This document shows, piece after piece, positions 1 to 13,139 of a stretch of DNA of 64,000 nt. The DNA is taken from the NCBI GenBank assembly GCA_024704765.1, contig JAKMXF010000332.1, forward strand, positions 1,047,080 to 1,111,079. Direction: 5' to 3'. A program made the translations under genes and the position numbers. Position 1 is the stretch's first letter; each line of letters begins with the position of its first letter. The notes under the pieces are model-generated. The model ran no database searches and was not told the origin of the DNA. It saw nothing but the letters and a program-made list of their open reading frames with translations. This DNA comes from Oopsacas minuta. Lineage: Eukaryota > Animalia > Porifera.

Positions 1-271
1 ATGATACCATTGCCACCTTTTTGGATTTTGAAAAATCACATGATTAGCCAAACTGCCCAGCCACCTAGCAAGCGAAGGGCGCTAATGTTAAATAATAAGC
101 TTGTTTCGAAGATGCTCATCTGCGAATATAAGTATTAAATAAAGATATGTATTAAAATAAAAAAATTACCGAGGAGGGAGATTAAATGGGGCGGGCGGGG
201 ATGATAAACAAGTATATTATTTTATATGGCCTTATAACAGAAAATAACAAGTATAATAAATATAGGTATGA

Positions 272-1664
272 TTAAAATCTGGTTCTAAAAGCAAGGCCTC
301 TTAAGTACACTAATATTAGCCTGTGAAAAAATGAAGTTACTAGGTTGAATATTGCCTTTTCATTATCAATTGATTTTTTCGTTTTTTTAGGGTCTTCACC
401 GTGGGTAAATTTCAGCTGTTTTAACTCGGCATTACCTTGTTCCGTTTTAAGGCAATCTATGAATTTCCAAATTGTAGGGTAATGACAACCACATGTGCTT
501 TGAAATCCACGATGCCATGCTTCTACTAAGTTTGTACTTCTCGGCAAGCCTTGTGGAACAAGATGAAAATTGTTCCAAAGAGATATTGCGAAGAGAGGAG
601 TATTCCTTTCCCCATTCAAGTTTAGAATGCCTATGTAATTTTCTCCAAAATACCTGCAGAGAGGATATGCATTTTCTGGGAAAGTCATGGTCAGCTGTTG
701 GAAAGACCAGCCGACGAGAGTTTGGGTGGGACGAAAGCTAGAGCAGGCAGCACACGCATGGTTAATGCAAATTCCGGATCATTATGATATTCTGACTGCA
801 GGCCAAGAGACTGAAGTTTCCTATAAACTGACTGTGAGAGATGGAAAAAGCACGCTTTCACTTGATTTAATGTCCAAATTGAATTGAAAGAATTGATTGC
901 TGCTTGCTCAAAGTCGACGAAAAAGTAGTGCAGTTGACAATTCGGACAGGCATCACGAATAACTTTCCACATTTTAGTGTATGTGGCAATTGATTTGTTC
1001 GGGAGTAGCGCGTATACACATGGTAATAAATGACCATTTTCAAAATGATTGGCTCCTCCAATAAGACAATGAACTGTGTATAATTGGCAAAGAGAGTAGG
1101 GACTGTTTTGAATGTGCCATCGGCTAGCCAGATCTTTGACATGGTCAAAAATTCTGTTCTCTTTAGTTGCAAATATCACTATCCTATCGGGGCCAATGCC
1201 AGAGTCGTAGAATAGAAAATTCCTGTTAACATTGTCTTGATGTTTTCAGCGTCTAATTGAAGTTCTTCAAGAGATACTGGATTAGGTGGAGCAATACGTT
1301 GCCTTTTATACATCATTTTCAGAGCGTGTTGATTTGGAAGCAGAGATTCAGACAATAAACTAGTCATCTCTCCTATCACAACGTGTGGATTGTCATTAGT
1401 TTCTCTCCCTCGCTTCCTCATTAAATCTTTCATGACTGTTACCTCACCTTTACCGTATTCCTGTGGGTGAGAATGTTCCCCAGACTTTTTGATGATTGTC
1501 TCATCAACGGAGTGTATTCTAGCTTTACATCCTCGCACATCACATCGCCACTCCTTTTTGATAGCTCCCCAATGGAAAATATACAAATATCTGTCGTGGG
1601 ATAATTTGTTAGTCCCCTTTGAAGATTTGACTATTTGGAATGAAGTATCGCTATTAGCAGACAT
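272..1664 (-). pseudogene. Mutator/MULE transposase (FLYWCH zinc finger + MULE DDE domain), frameshifted
   Basis: ORF 1179-1664 has a FLYWCH-like motif (YLYIFH..WRCDVRGCKARIH..HSH). ORF 691-1179 has LYTVH..VYALLPNK..VDFEQAAIN..CFFHLSQ. ORF 272-688 has WN..RSTNLVEAWHRGF. The three ORFs are in different frames. Confidence 0.88.
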
Positions 1665-1785
1665 TAGATACTTGGTGATAAAATATCCAGCTCATCCAAT
1701 GCATTTTATAGATCTCGAAATAATTTTGTAATTAGAGTTTATTTATCTGTGAAACCTTTAATTAACTTGTCAAATGTACATTACA

Positions 1786-1880
1786 TTGTACACAACTGTG
1801 ATGTACGCAACTGTGAACTATAAACATTGTACGCAAGTGTTATGTACGCAAGTGTGATGTACGCAAATGTGCGGCTCCCC
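1786..1880. repeat. MULE terminal/subterminal array (TGTACGCAA(G/C)TGTG units) ending in ..GCGGCTCCCC
   Basis: About 5 copies of tgtac(g/a)caa upstream of the MULE ORF, ending in CCCC at 1880. The matching left end was not found in the window. Confidence 0.6.
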
Positions 1881-2007
1881 TAGCTTTATGGTATTCTAAA
1901 CTTTCAGTATGATGACCACCATTATTGACTCTATTATTAACAATGTACTCTGAAGTAATACCTGGTACACATACATTGTATATGAAATTATGAATAATAT
2001 ATTGATG

Positions 2008-2049
2008 GGTCATGACCTATGACCCAATGACCTATGACCCAATGACCTA
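2008..2049. repeat. Short tandem repeat (ATGACCTATGACCCA)x~2.7
   Basis: Read directly: atgacctatgacccaatgacctatgacccaatgacctat. Confidence 0.8.
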
Positions 2050-2557
2050 TTTGCAGCTCTGATGGAGAGTAATAGTTTGGGGTCTATGTCCTAGAAATTG
2101 ACTTTAACTGGCTATTTAGTGGTAAATATGAACGTAGATTTACATCATTCTAGATGATCCCCTATTCTTGGCACAGATAACGTACCTACTTTTCATACCT
2201 CCAGGCCGGATTGCGTTGTCAACTAATTCATTGATCAGAACCATCTAATTCAACTCATTCAAGAATATCAGTTGATGCAACCCTGCAGACCAATGGGTCA
2301 GTCTGCATAAATGAGTCCTTTTGCTCGATTGGTTTCCGATATACTAGCGATATACAGACCTCAGGAGTCGCCAAATGCTTGTGTTTGGTCCCAAAAGGCC
2401 ATCACCCTGGAGCAAGCAAATCACTTGTGCAATTTCTCAGAGTCCATACGCTGTGAATAAGCATGCGGCGGTCTCTTATCCATATAACATAGAGTTATAC
2501 ACTTTAGACGATGAATTTGGGAGGTGCATTTTCCGGACGTTCACATCATGTCACGTC

Positions 2558-5047
2558 TAGGGTTTTTAATCCCGGACTCTTTTTATAATCCCGGGATTTC
2601 CATATTTAAAATCCCGGGATCCCGGGAATTTCCGGGAATCCCTTGATAAATGATGATAATTATCTCTCTAGCAATTTTAAAATTTGTTTAATTATATGAT
2701 AGTCTGATAGAATGAAAGTATAATATAGGGGTACATAGGGGGTACAAGATGAATATGAATGAGTAATAAGTTTATTTAGTCTATCATCAATTTTTTTTCT
2801 TGTTGGCTCTTATGAATGCTAGCGTATCCAAAGTGCTATCACTGAGTCTTGTTCTAAATTTGTTACATAAATATGTCGAACAAGAAAATGCTCGTTCCGC
2901 TTCAACTGAGGTTGCAGGTATTGTTAGTAGCATTTGATATACCTTTTCCAAATGATATCCTCGTTTTCCTGTCTGTTCTCCAATAGTAAGTTCATATTTC
3001 AATATATTGAATAATGAATGTTGAACTTGTATATCTTCTGGCTTTTTCATCGATGCGTCTATCGCTAATTGTAATCTTTTTGCGAGGGAGATATCATCTA
3101 GGTCAGATATGCTTTCAGCCGTATTAGGTGAGTAACGTACCATTGATACTTCTTCACTCACATGTTCCTCATCTTCAATTCCTTTCCTTCGAGTTCTTGA
3201 TAACAAATCAGCACAAAATGTGTTTACTACAGTCTTTTTTTACAAGTCGTGCCGAAGGATTATGTAGGTATTGAAGTATCGCTGAAACTTCAGTGTACCT
3301 CTCTTGAACCATCCGCTGGCTTAGCGCCTCCAGGATTTGTGCATGATAATGTGTGTTAGATTTCTGAATATCTTCCAATAGAAATTTTATAGTTGCTTCT
3401 GCTGTAATTAAATTTGTATCTCTTCTACATAGAGCTTCTAAAGCAATCTTAATTGGATTCAAAGCTTCCACTATAGAAGAGATAGCCGCAATTTCTTGGT
3501 CGCTGAGGTATATATGTTCACCAAAATCTAACAGAGCTTTATGTATTGGTAATTTGATCTGAATTATCCTCTCGAGCATATTCACAAGTGAGCTCCATCG
3601 AGTCTTACAATCAAGAACCACATTCAGCCCATTTGGATAAATCTCTTTCACATACGTTTGCAATGTTTCATTCTTCAAAGGTGATCGCTTGAATATTTTC
3701 ACAATTCTACGTACTTTGGTTACTATTTTGGAGATGTCAAAATTTAGTGCAAGAGCATTCTGAGGGTCCATCGATTCCGAAACAATGAATCCATCATCAT
3801 TAAAATCATCAAACATTTCCATATCTTCATCTTCATCTTCATCGGTTTCACTTGTACTAGAATAAATTTCTTCAGTTTCACTAGTTGTTTTTGATAGATA
3901 ACGTCTTGTATTACAAGCTGGAGTCCATGTGCGTAGCATAACTGCTGATTTGTGGGTATTATTTTCCCCAACTTCTTCATCATTGAACACCCGTCTGTTG
4001 TGATAGAAATGACATCTGTTTCGAATTCTATTCCAAATTCTTTTGGTTTAAGTGAGATTATCTTGGAACAAGCCTCTGAAGAAAATCTTCCCTTAATCCT
4101 TACCAATCCTAAGTTCCAAAAGAACCCAATGCCATGTATATTAATATTGAGATATCTTTTGTTTTGCAAGGATGTCCATTCATCAAGGGTAAGACTGAAA
4201 TATTGATCTTTTGATTTAATAATGCTTAGATTTCTGGTAATATCTTGGCGTAAATACTGACCATATTTTAGCACTTGATCTCTTATTCCGACAACCGATC
4301 TTGGTAGTGAATGTCCTAGTGCAGCAAGAGATTTTCTCAAGTCCATTGATGTAGTAAATATATTAAATGAAAGCCCATCGCAAGCTGTCATCCTGGCTAA
4401 CACAGCTGGTAGGCTAGCGTCGTTCATGTAATAATCTAATTTCCTAACCGCACATGTATGTGAGATAGCACTTTCTTCATTATTTGAGCGTTTCAATAAA
4501 TCAATTTGGTGCTGTGATTTAAGATGATTGTGTAGCCCCTTTGTTGATCCCCCTTCGCATTTAAGTACCTTTTTACAGGAATTACACTCAGCTAATTTCC
4601 CATATACCGAGCGCTTAAAATGGTTCCAATTTTAGATCCTGCAAACTCTTGAAACATAACTTTTCCAGCCATTCAAGGTACGATATAACGATAATGCAAC
4701 AATTACGATTTAGAATGAAATTGAGGCTTTTCTGACGATTCACCTTATATTTGAAATTTGAATAGTTAGAATGGTTGAGTGGTACCTTACAAGTTTGCTT
4801 GAATTCTCTGACTTGTTAAGCATTTATTAATTTTGGTGTCTTATTCATATTGAAAACATATTTCATTCAGTATTAACAATACGAAACCAATTAAATCCCT
4901 AAATCATTTCAACGCAATTACACAAATGTACATAATGTTCATAGAGCATGTCAATATGCAATCAAGAAGATATCCCGGGATTGAAGAAACAATCCCGGGA
5001 ATTAGTCCCGAAACAATAACCTTCGGATCCCGGGATTAAAAACCCTA
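2558..5047 (-). mobile_element. hAT transposon, full length, with 18-bp TIRs and 8-bp TSD
   Basis: TIR TAGGGTTTTTAATCCCGG at 2558 and its reverse complement ending at 5047. TSD GTCACGTC at 2550-2557 and 5048-5055. CCCGGG/GGGAT subterminal motifs at both ends. Confidence 0.95.
2787..4672 (-). pseudogene. hAT transposase (BED finger, DDE, hATC dimerisation domain), frameshifted
   Basis: BED finger WNHF..CNSC..GSTKGLHNHL..H, followed by LTLDEWTS, ITTDG, CYAHGLQL (CxxH), TRWSS and IPATSVEAERAFS. Split over several ORFs. Confidence 0.92.
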
Positions 5048-6178
5048 GTCACGTCCCGGAATAGGCATCCAGAGACGTCTCCACGGGGGCGACATAGGGT
5101 GCAATGCTCTCCCTGGTAAACCCTTGCCCCGGGGCATGCCCCCTTGGTAAACTCGTGCCTCGGGCAGACCCCTAGTAAAGTCGTGCCCTGGGCAAGCCAC
5201 CGGACCAATCGGCTTAAATTGCAAACTGAAATTTCGGCACGCTTCGCTCGCATCTTACCCTCAATATTATTTAATCTAACCCATAAATAAGGGATTTAGC
5301 TTGTATTGATCTACCGAACTAGGTAATATTTTTGAGTGTTTATACCTTGAGCAAATACAGTGTTTCTCCAGACCGTTTTGTCTTACTAGGCCGACATCCC
5401 TTCAGTTGTTAAAAAATATAAGCACCCATTTACTTTATCCACTATACTAAAGTATAGTCGGCACAGGAAAAAGTAGAATTGACCATACAAGTAATAATAT
5501 CAATGATTATCGTACGATTTTTCCGTTCGATGCCTCCATTGATATAATAATTATTGCTAACTTCTCGTTGTTTGTTTAAAGATTTACTAATTATTCCTAA
5601 AATATAACTGAGAAATTGTTTTAAGATTCAAACCTATTTGGCAGTACAAAGGTAATTAATGTAGTTGCTATTATAGCTTATTGTCCATGGGCTACGCCCC
5701 ATCACGAGTGGAAGACCTATAGCACCCCAGACCCCCTGCTGCAGTAGCGTAGTGCCTATGTGACTGGGGGTCCCCAAATATTCTCCGAGCTACGCATCAT
5801 TACTCGACCAGAAAAAACGACTCTCTGGGGCAATTGCAGACCATACGTTATTTCTTTCAATTGTTTGACTCTTGGACCTTACTGATTGTGTACAGCGCTC
5901 ATAGGCTTTGAAATCTGGGGTGTACAAATTCAATCTTATAGGAAACATCTAGAACTTGTTGACAACCAGATTGAATTTGCGCCCCCCCCATATATCAAAG
6001 CCACACGACGCAGCTGCCAGTTGGATGGTACTAACCAACTAAGAATTTATTGATCCTCCACTGGGCATGCTCCTGTTAAACCCTTGAAACATCTTGCCCA
6101 TCGTCCTGCCCCTTGGAAACTTCGTGCCCCCCCCCCCCTGTAGGTGAAGAATCCTGACGACCTCCCTGCCCCCAGCAA

Positions 6179-6380
6179 GGGTAAACGGAAATTTCGTCCC
6201 CAGGAATTTTCGTTCCCGGAATTTCAAGTAGATCAGAGTGCGTACGGATGGAATTTTGTTGGATTCTAGCTGTGAAGTGAATGAAATGGAGGGAGGGATC
6301 TGTAGATCTTTATGAAGTTGACTACCTGATGTGTAATTCCGGGAACGAAAATTCCTGTGACGAAATTTCTGGGATTCCCC
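6179..6380. mobile_element. ~200-bp MITE (possibly MULE-derived)
   Basis: Inverted repeat 6188-6223 (gaaatttcgtccccaggaattttcgttcccggaatt) against 6335-6369; ends GGG...CCCC. No TSD confirmed. Confidence 0.6.
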
Positions 6381-6677
6381 TTTAAGAGCGTTATCATGTT
6401 ACCAACAATAGAATTCAGTCTTCAATAGGCTTCAAGACTTGCGACAGCGCTTCGCGGTTAATCGCGCTCATTTCGCTGCGCGCCAGTAATCGTTTGTTCG
6501 TGCGTTTTATAATTTGTGAAGTCAATGGCGAGGTCGTATTTTTTTTGTTCTATATTCGATAACTTTTCATTGAATCTAAGTACTTGGGTATACTTAAACG
6601 CGTACAATGGTAATTTGAAGCATTTCCCTCAAAATATTATACAACAGTGCTCAGGATTGAATACTATTGATTTAAAC

Positions 6678-7205
6678 CAGTGTTTCTCAACGTCTGACAT
6701 CGCATTCCTCCCTTAGCGACCTCCAAGTTCCTCTATAGCCTCCCAATCTTTGAATCATCATTATACCTTAATATTTTGCAATAGTTATGATTAATTATCA
6801 GTTTAGGTTATCAAACAAACAATTGAAAATTTTCGTTTTGTCGTTTAGAATAGGACAAAGTATAATAATCCATAAATATGATGATGACATCAACACTTAT
6901 ACATTAGCTGAAAAATGATAATGTTACCGAACAAGTATTATTATTCATGAATTTTAAACGCCTATCTATATTCGATATATACTTCTATGTTTGGATCAGT
7001 TTAATCAATAATATTTGGTTAGATATCATCATAAAATATTTGCCCAAGTCTCAACCCGATCAAGTCAAAATTAATTGATTAAGTAAATCGAATTTGAGTG
7101 GTCAGTGAACCATTAGACCTGGGGGATAATCCTTAAACATAATCCTTCCCATGGACTTGCAATTCCTCCCCAGGGGAGCCAAGTGGATTCCGCTGAGAAT
7201 CACTG
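6678..7205. mobile_element. Possible hAT (Charlie-like) MITE
   Basis: Left end CAGTGTTTCTCAAC; right end reverse complement CAGTGATTCTCAGC. The flanking 8-mers do not match, so the pairing is uncertain. Confidence 0.4.
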
Positions 7206-7239
7206 GTTTGGCCATTGCGTTATCCAACCTGATATATTT

Positions 7240-8330
7240 ATAGGGCATATTTACATTGAAAATTTTCAAAAGAAATAGGAGAGTCCTAACGAAATCATAG
7301 ATGTTGCATTTAAATGCAGCACAAAGATGCTAATTTGGATAGCTAGAACAGCAATTGTAGATTCTTGATCTATATTTAGGACCAAGTTAACATTTTTGAC
7401 GTTCAAGATTGGATGGATAAAAGGCTCATGTAAGGACCTCTGTTTAAGTCAAATGGTAGAAAGACCTTTGTTTATGCCACAAGGTTGTGGTACTCGCGTT
7501 TCTAGCTTTGCTTTAGGGAAAACAATTAGAAAAGTTTCACATTATGATTTTGTTGTCAGTGGAAATGATTGTAACGAACAAATCACACTCTTCAACGTCC
7601 TGAATACTAGATTTGATAGTGTCGAATAATTTCAGCTGTTACAGAAGCACATGAGAGTAGACGATCTTCACAAGATCATTCCTTATTCAGACTTGACACC
7701 ATGATAGCGAAAACAGTGTCGGTAGGATTATCTGGATCGAGGGTAGTAGCAACACTTTTCATCCTTTATAAGAATTATCAGATTTATTGATACTAGGACG
7801 CAAAATTTCATCAATTTCGTAGGGATAGCAAGTGGACCATTTATTAGCATTGAAAGAAAGGGTAGCGTAGCTTGTAAATCATGGAAAGTTTGAATCTTGA
7901 ACTTCTCATTTTCTTTGACCATTGACTCTAGAGTCTTGGCTTTGTGAAACTGCTTGACAGATAAGTTTGTCATCCTCGTCATCTGGAGGGAGACGAGTGC
8001 GTTTGGTGGAAGAGTGAGATGAATAGTAATGTGGACATCTTTGCCAAATAGTTGGAACAGCTCCATCATTCAGCCTAGGACGGCTTCGTGGTATTTCTCC
8101 ATAACTTAGTATACATTTGGCACTTTATGTTTGTTTCGACTTCATCCTCCCCTAAAATGTTTAGGGTACAAGTACACTACTTTCAATTCGCCTATATCAT
8201 CTGTGTAGCGCTCGTAACCATGCATGTTTGAGTTCAGAGTGAGTATACCTTTCCACACGAAGGCCATTGTTTGCTCATAAATTTTTCCCGGACAACCTTG
8301 TTTCCAATTATCTAAACTGTGATAGATGCT
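7240..8330 (-). pseudogene. Decayed, internally deleted THAP-domain P-element-type transposase
   Basis: Manual minus-strand translation gives KHAWLRALHR..KVV..KHF..PRLNDGAVPT..CPHYYSS..KRTRL, AIMVSSLNKE*SC and AFYPSNLERQNVNLVLNI. These align with the THAP/P ORFs at 21048-23864. Confidence 0.8.
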
Positions 8331-9759
8331 GGCAACTTTTAGATTAACTAATATATCATGCTAAAAGTTACTAAATGAATTTCTTCTAAATAATATTATC
8401 AAATGTTATGTATGACACTGTTTGTCGTTTATTATCAAGATCATTTTAGTAGTTGACATGCGAAGCATCTCATGCAAATAAACATCAGTCGCCCCTGATC
8501 TTAGAGGAGACTTAAGATACTTTATTCTTGAAAAGGTTTCCTCGCTGATATACGTGCTTCCAAAGATTGATAATATATTCTAGCCAAGTTTTTAAATTCG
8601 CAAATTTGATATTATGAATTAGCCTTTAGAAATTGATAATATCATTATTTCGGAAACTGGATTTTAATTCAGGGTTGCATAGTAGATTAGCTAATTCTGT
8701 TTGACAAACTGGTGCAACATCAAATATATTCATGCTAGAGGGATCTTGAAATAGAAGAATATCTTTTAATTTCGAATCAAATCGATGAATCGCTTTTTAA
8801 ATTCATCTTTAAGTAATTATACAGCTTGTACAATTTTGTCGACTGAAGCTTGTAAATTTATCAGAAATAGGTTCCTTTTTGAGTTCATTGCAGCATGGAA
8901 ATGATATTATTATTATTTAGAACCTGAATTGAGAATATTTCCAACTTGAGTACGAAGGATTTAATCAAAGATCTCCCCAGGAAATATTCTCAATCCCTAC
9001 AGATAACGTATATTACTCTCTGTTTTTTAGTACACAGCTTATAATCTCTCATTCCAACAGATGATGTATACTACTTTCTGTTTCTATTTCTACCTTGTCT
9101 CAGATATATATACATGCATTTTATGATCGTTTGGAATGTATTCTTCAATTTGAATATTATTACATTTGTATTGCATGCACCTTTCTCGAAATATTGTTGT
9201 TCAACTCCGCAATCAGACAAACAGCATTCCAAATATGAATATTATGTAATTGATATCGGAAAAATATGTATAACATCTCAATTGATATGTCGCGAAAGAT
9301 TCGGTGTGAATTGTTTTAGTCCGGTTGGACCATTTTTACCCAAGGCCCTTTGCATAAACAAATTCGAGATTAAGAACAAAGAATAATATCGCATAGGCAC
9401 TATAGCATAAATGATGTAGCCTGCCATGATATTTGGGGTAAGTGTATCTACTTGTATAGCCAGACTAAATATATCAGAATCTCTTTTCCGACTAGATTCA
9501 AAATTGTTCGGACCTAATAATACGGACAAATTGGGGTTGGGGTTGCAACTTGGTCCGCCCAAACCAAATATATCAAACATATTTTATCTGGCAATCTTGT
9601 CTGATCACCAGTAGTAATAAACTACTCATTTTATCCAATCCATAGGTCGTTAAAAATTATGAATATATATAACTTTAGGTTGCATTTTATATGATGCGCG
9701 TATATGCATAATCAATTTCCTATATTATTCCTTCAGGAGTGGCTTGGGGTAGAATAGCT

Positions 9760-11732
9760 TCTCAAACCGATGAAACAACATCGTCATCTAATTGAATGGT
9801 TCTTTCAGGACTCCCTATAGGCGATCTATCACGTTTTCTTCCAGGGCTACCTGGAGGCGATATATCCACTTTTCCTGAATCTCTAGATCATAAGCCTCTA
9901 ATGCTGTTGATAAAACTTGTGGTTTCTATTCCTTACACTAGTGAACTCATATCCCTTCGGCCACCATTCAGGCTCAAGGTATCCTTTACCCTAGTAATTC
10001 CGTTTAAGCCCTAGAAAATAACTAATTAGTAACTGATTCATAATTAATTAAATGCAATATACCGATTGTTCGTTGTGTCAGCCATCCCAGCATCTTCCTG
10101 AGTAAAAATACATTTTGCTTTGTAAAATCTCCCTTCATCAGATCGAACATTTCACGATCAGTTTGAGGCTTTGGTCGCATGTGCTGCTATTGATGAAGAG
10201 ATAATAATAGAGACTTACAAACTTGAGACTGGTTCTGTGTAGCGAATGCTTTGAAAGCCTCGGCCCCGATTACATTCATTTGGCCATTCCAGGTGAACAG
10301 GTGTAACGAAAGTGTTGATACCTTGTATTTTCCTATGAAAATCTTAAATATTAACGAACCATGCATAGTTTATTTCCTATACTTTTCTTAAATATAGTTA
10401 TAGTGCTTTAAATTATTTCTGATTACATTTATTACTTATTGTATTCAAATATTTGAATTTTTTTCCAATTTTAGCATGCTACATTATTTCGTATTAATGG
10501 ATGTCCGTGATTTATGGAATCTTGCTTCGTTCTCGAGCTATAGGCATGCTAGATGCAGGGCTCACACAGAAGAAAGTGGCCCAAGACTTGAATATTTCAA
10601 TCTCTTCGGCGAAACGATGGTCTAGTTTGTATATAAAAGGTAGTTCATTAGTGACTAAACCTCGTTCAGGGAGGCCTCCTATTTTGAAACGGGCGGATAA
10701 TATTGTTATTTCCAAGTCACTCGGTAAATGCAGACAATCCACAAGAAAACTTGCACAGAGATTGAAGAATAGAGGCAATCCTGTATCTCATATGTGTGTA
10801 TATCGTCATTTGACCGAATCTGTGGGTGTTAGGTCTTTCAAAAGGCAGGAAATACCTCGGTTATCTCAAAAGAACATCAAAGATCGTCTGAGTTTTGCTC
10901 GGAAGCATCAAAATTGAACAGTTAACGACTGGAAAAGAGTTCTCTGGTCAGATGAGTCTCCCTTCCAGCTCTTTGCAACGCCAAACAGACAAATAATCGG
11001 ATTTGGGCAAAGAAAAAGCAATAAGTTCCTTCGGTATTTTCAGTTAAGTTTCCAGCAACGATTCATGTGTGGGGCATGATGTCACATCAGACTTTCAGAA
11101 CTGCATATATTCCCTCAAATGCTATCAATAAATAGTGCATACTACATTAATCAAATTTTAGCCAAGACTTGTATGGAGGCAGTTCACCGTTTGTCGAAAT
11201 AATAGATCGGTTTTGGAGAGGCCAATGTTGGAAAATATGTCCGAATTCATCTTCATGAAAGATGGTGCACCGGTACACACGGCCAATGCAACGCAGAAGT
11301 GGTGTCAAGATCATTTAAATGGTTTCTGGCGTAAGATTGAATGGCCTGGGAACTCCCCTGACTTAAACACTATTGAAAACCTTTGGGGAATAGTGAAAGA
11401 GAAGGTTAATGAAGAGGGCCAAATCACAAGGTGTGAACAGCTAATAGAAACAGTAAAATCAGCATGGAGAAACATAAGCCCAAGTATTTTAGAGAATTTA
11501 GTAGCAAACATGCCGGAACGTATAAGAATTATATTAGAACGAAATGGTTCAATATAAACTGATAATATTTCGAATCACTCAAATAGATTATAATTTTAAT
11601 GAATTATCTAGGGTGTCAACACTTTCGTTACACCCTGTATATGACACCAATAGACTCACCGGTAACTTTGGTAAAATTTTCCAGCGCATTTTGAAGATGC
11701 TGACGAGCATTTGAATGAGTGATTCTAGGCAT
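9760..11732 (-). pseudogene. NRF1/EWG-like DNA-binding-domain gene, disrupted by a Tc1 insertion and premature stops
   Basis: Removing Tc1 (10298-11637) and a 52-nt GT-AG intron (10011-10062) gives MPRITHSNARQHLQNALENFTKVTGESIGVIFTWNGQMNVIGAEAFKAF..DFTKQNVFLLRKMLGWLTQRTIGLKRNY*GKGYLEPEWWPKGYEFTSVRN. This resembles the NRF1 DNA-binding domain as recalled. Confidence 0.7.
10298..11637 (+). mobile_element. Tc1 (DD34E) transposon, defective
   Basis: TIR CAG(G)GTGTAACGAAAGTGTTGA at both ends, TA on the right. Transposase remnants 10501-11557 include HTH, WSDES, FMKDGAPVH and WPGNSPDLNTIENLW. Confidence 0.93.
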
Positions 11733-13139
11733 CTGATTAAGTGATCAATCAGAATCTATTTTCAAATTTCTTTATAATCTACTAAATGCCTCTGTTAACA
11801 AACTTATCCAAGTTTATCTATTGATTTTTAAACTGTTTATGGTACTGATGATTTTCAAAATGGAGGTAACAAAAAGTACACAGAGCATGATCGTAAGAAG
11901 TACAGAGATCGTTAACAAGACGTGAATAAGGATGCTACAGTTAACTATCGAACCACATCAAGACCTTTGAATGACAACAATTTGGTTTCTTCGTATAGAC
12001 AATCTAGTGACAATTATTTGTGGTTGCATGCTTTTTGCCAGTGTTGTTGCACTGGTAGATTAAGGGGTGGTTTGGGTGAAAATGGCCCGTTTTTCATGAA
12101 TGTTGCCGTAACCCCTTTTTTGGCGTTATTCCAGAGTGTTCAAATATCCGAATTTCCAGTAATGATTTTGGACCTCAATCTCAATTATTTTTATAAATAT
12201 TCTCGATTTCCCGAATGGAACTGAGTAACTGTATGGAGACGCCGATTCTATAAGGGGTCACCCATTAGAAAATTGAAGAAATTTTTGCTAAAATATCTAT
12301 TAATGCATTAAAAAATTATAAATTATGTATAGAAACTGTACTGCATACTTCCTGCCACTATCATACGTGTTTCATAAGATATTCGGTGCCCAAGGTAAAA
12401 TTTTGCACATACCCCGCTATGCATTGAGCTTGCCCGCTACAGCCCTACATAGTGAAATTGCATCATATTTTGGCTGTTTAATTCTTGGTTTCATCCATTT
12501 TGTAAAGATTCAAACAGGGTCTCATCAACTTTCCTCAAATGTGCTCCTAAACTTCCTCTTACCCTCGAATATACGCCTAATATTTTATTTGATCTGTTTT
12601 ATTGTAGTACAATTCGTTAGAAGTTTCAGTGATGAAATTCTATTTATTGACTACTTGCACAAGCATTAAAAGGGGAGGTGGTCCCATTCTCCACTTCATA
12701 ATTACTTTCTGAAAGAAAACTATTAGCTGCATCATTTCATCATCCTCCCTAACGTTGTCTATTGTAGGGAATGGAGTTCCTTTCTGGCTAATGCGCGCCC
12801 TTCGCAGAAATATGATCCCTCGTTAGGGATGCCCTATTGCGAGTGGCTATCCTATTTGTGTATGACAAACACCTCCACTGCACAACTCCTTAACAGCATG
12901 GTGAGAAGCATCCTCGAAAGTAGTGAAAGTTCAGGGCACATCGCTTGAGTATGTGAATCTGAAATATATGATATCCAGTATTGCTTACTGCATTCAATGC
13001 GAGGCCACACTTGGCAAGAGATTTCATATTTTCACAGTCTTGAGGTTTCGACACCCATCAATTAACAGGCTTTTATCAAATCCAAATTTTTTCGAGACAA
13101 TTGGAATGATTTCTGGCCATCTTTCATCATGAAATACTA

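Noticed and set aside
1786-1880. CRISPR-like or guide array interpretation of the short repeat clusters (also 5110-5200 and 55080-55500)
   Set aside because: The repeats are degenerate, lack regular unique spacers, and sit at transposon ends; they are subterminal repeats in a eukaryotic context.
11845-12030. Second ARS2-like N-terminus (..EHDRKKYRDR..)
   Set aside because: Only low-complexity charged similarity, an in-frame stop, and no MGDSD or DKFRRER motif.
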